Shown: positions 30,690 through 32,000 of the stretch, in pieces
Layout of the letters: each line of letters opens with the position of its first letter
How positions within the stretch are numbered: position 1 is the first letter of the stretch
DNA from: Halalkalibacterium halodurans
GTDB lineage: Bacteria > Bacillota > Bacilli > Bacillales > Bacillaceae_D
Assembly: GCF_004376175.1 (NCBI RefSeq)
Contig: NZ_SNUY01000047.1
Span: 1,214-33,213, forward strand
Reading direction: 5' to 3'
DNA length: 32,000 bases
The notes under the pieces: generated by a model
Databases searched by the model: none
Told to the model about the DNA's origin: nothing
The model's input: only the letters and a program-made list of their open reading frames with translations
Program-made: the position numbers and the translations under genes

Positions 30690-31643
30690 ATGACAAAGCT
30701 TTATGAGCCTTTCTATCGTTTAACGATTGAACCGACCGAGTGTGAGCGTGAGATCATTGGCTCAAGACCGTTCAAGCGATTAGCCCATTTGCATCATTAC
30801 GGAGCTGCCGCGTTACGAACCCCTGTTACTCATTCACGCTACGAGCATACAATTGGCGTCTGGTCACTTACCGCTCATTTTTTTCCGAGCGATCAGTTGC
30901 TTCGCCTAGTAGCATTATTGCATGATATAGGTCATCTTCCTTTTTCCCATGCAGTCGAACAACCACTTGGCTTTAACCATCATTTGTTGACTGAAAGGTT
31001 AATCGAATCTCAGGAAGTGGCGAAGATATTAAAAAAGCATGGATTTACCCCCCAGGACGTGATCCGACGATTAAATGAAAATACACCTGTTTCAAATCAA
31101 GAGAAACTTTTAAGCTTGGATCACCTTGATAGCTTTTTACGTGATACGACGCTTGCGGGCACGTGTTCGCTCATCCCGCATGAAAGCCTAGGACGTCTGT
31201 CAGTTCGCGGGAACGGAATTGAAACAGACGAAGAGACCGCCCTGCTCCTTGCTTCCTGCATTGTAAAGGACCATGAGCTCTTTTTAGATCCGTTCAACCT
31301 AGCGATGGATGCCTTATTGGCTGAAGCTATTACTCTCTATATGGCAGATAAGCCACTGGTGTCAATGGAGAACATCCCACATATGACAGATGACGAAGTC
31401 CTAACGCTGTTGAGAGGTAGCTGGAATAAAAAAGTACACGCCCACCTTAAACTCCTTTTTTCACAGCAACCCACACTCGTGCAAACGGACGATGAATCAT
31501 CAGCGAAGCTCACAGTTACAGTGCGAAAGGTATATGAAGATCGACCTTTAATCCGACACGGTACAGCTAAAGGACGGGAAATGGTAGAGAAGAAGTTGGC
31601 AGAGCTGCAAGAGTTAAAGGGGCGCTTTTCCTTTGTTTATTAA
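30690..31643 (+). CDS. HD-domain metal-dependent phosphohydrolase (dGTPase/SAMHD1-like N-terminal motifs), short form.
   Basis: ~317 aa. HSRYEHTIGVWSL ... ALLHDIGHLPFSHAVE. AGGGAGGG RBS lies 7 nt before ATG 30690. The track's TTG 30669 precedes the RBS. Confidence 0.75.
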   Translation: MTKLYEPFYRLTIEPTECEREIIGSRPFKRLAHLHHYGAAALRTPVTHSRYEHTIGVWSLTAHFFPSDQLLRLVALLHDIGHLPFSHAVEQPLGFNHHLLTERLIESQEVAKILKKHGFTPQDVIRRLNENTPVSNQEKLLSLDHLDSFLRDTTLAGTCSLIPHESLGRLSVRGNGIETDEETALLLASCIVKDHELFLDPFNLAMDALLAEAITLYMADKPLVSMENIPHMTDDEVLTLLRGSWNKKVHAHLKLLFSQQPTLVQTDDESSAKLTVTVRKVYEDRPLIRHGTAKGREMVEKKLAELQELKGRFSFVY

Positions 31644-31750
31644 GTAAGTATGACTAGGGAGCGCAGCGCATTGCAAGAATGGAGACGGTTCTTCAAGAGA
31701 CCCAAAGGTCAGTCATGATTGGTCCACAACGTATCTCAGTTGCTCTCGTT

Positions 31751-31776
31751 TTGAAGCCGGCGCTTTGAGCTTTTTT
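31751..31776 (+). terminator. Weak candidate terminator after the HD gene.
   Basis: TTGAAGC-CGGC-GCTTTGA (7 bp including 2 G-U pairs) followed by GCTTTTTT. It lies about 105 nt after the stop. Confidence 0.4.
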
Positions 31777-31860
31777 AGATTCTTAATGAAGGTAGCCCTC
31801 CATAAAAAGATTAATGATTTCTTACATTCTTACGTATGAGTAAAATGTTTGTGGGAGAAG

Positions 31861-31912
31861 AAAAAACCTCCTAATCCAAGTAATGGAAATTTCCGTTACT
31901 TGGATGAGGAGG
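31861..31912 (-). terminator. Strong minus-strand terminator for a gene lying to the right of, or beyond, the window end.
   Basis: Near-perfect 23-bp inverted repeat CCTCCTAATCCAAGTAATGGAAA / TTTCCGTTACTTGGATGAGGAGG. On the minus strand TTTTTT follows it. There is no T-run on the plus strand. Confidence 0.7.
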
Positions 31913-32000
31913 CCACCAAGCGAAAGCGCGGTAGGGTTTAAGCAAAATACATGAAAAAAGGGTCTCTCCTTGGTAGAATCATAGTCGACGAAAACCCGAT

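Noticed and set aside
31938-32000. Possible 3' end of a minus-strand CDS running off the right edge.
   Set aside because: Only 20 codons are visible and there is no recognisable motif. It cannot be distinguished from a chance open frame, so it is not listed as a feature.

Overview
This is a Bacillaceae-type chromosomal segment. By gene content and synteny it resembles an alkaliphilic Bacillus of the halodurans group, but that is an impression and was not searched. Almost all genes are on the + strand.

Gene order:
- (1) The 3' part of a nitrate/nitrite MFS transporter, followed by an assimilatory nitrate/nitrite reduction cluster (nasD, nasE, nasC) that ends in an overlapping MOSC-domain gene.
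- (2) A type III polyketide synthase plus membrane methyltransferase pair (bpsA/bpsB-like).
- (3) yebE-like and yebG-like genes.
- (4) The complete 12-gene de novo purine operon purEKB-CSQLF-MNH-D. It is preceded by a pair of PurBoxes, a sigma-A-type promoter and a guanine-class purine riboswitch.
- (5) A small convergent minus-strand unit: a DUF2892-like gene plus an unannotated 38-aa membrane peptide ORF that overlaps purD.
- (6) A purine-base salvage neighbourhood: a yerA-type deaminase paralog, the yerB lipoprotein, the yerC TrpR-like protein and canonical adenine deaminase adeC.
- (7) A more accessory-looking right end. It holds an unannotated 58-aa 2-TM ORF; a wHTH regulator, small membrane protein and YbjQ/UPF0145 cassette behind a perfect 22-bp palindrome; a minus-strand MarR-DUF3147 pair; and a divergent short HD-domain (dNTPase-like) protein.

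I saw no rRNA, tRNA, CRISPR array, transposase, integrase or long terminal repeats. Most of the window is ordinary core metabolism.

The items most worth a second look are:
- the antisense arrangement of a small membrane peptide inside the pur operon 3' UTR;
- the palindrome-controlled HTH / 2-TM / YbjQ cassette;
- the MarR/DUF3147 and HD-protein divergent locus;
- the nasC-MOSC overlap;
- the divergent deaminase paralog.

All family assignments come from motif recognition and remembered synteny. No database search was possible.
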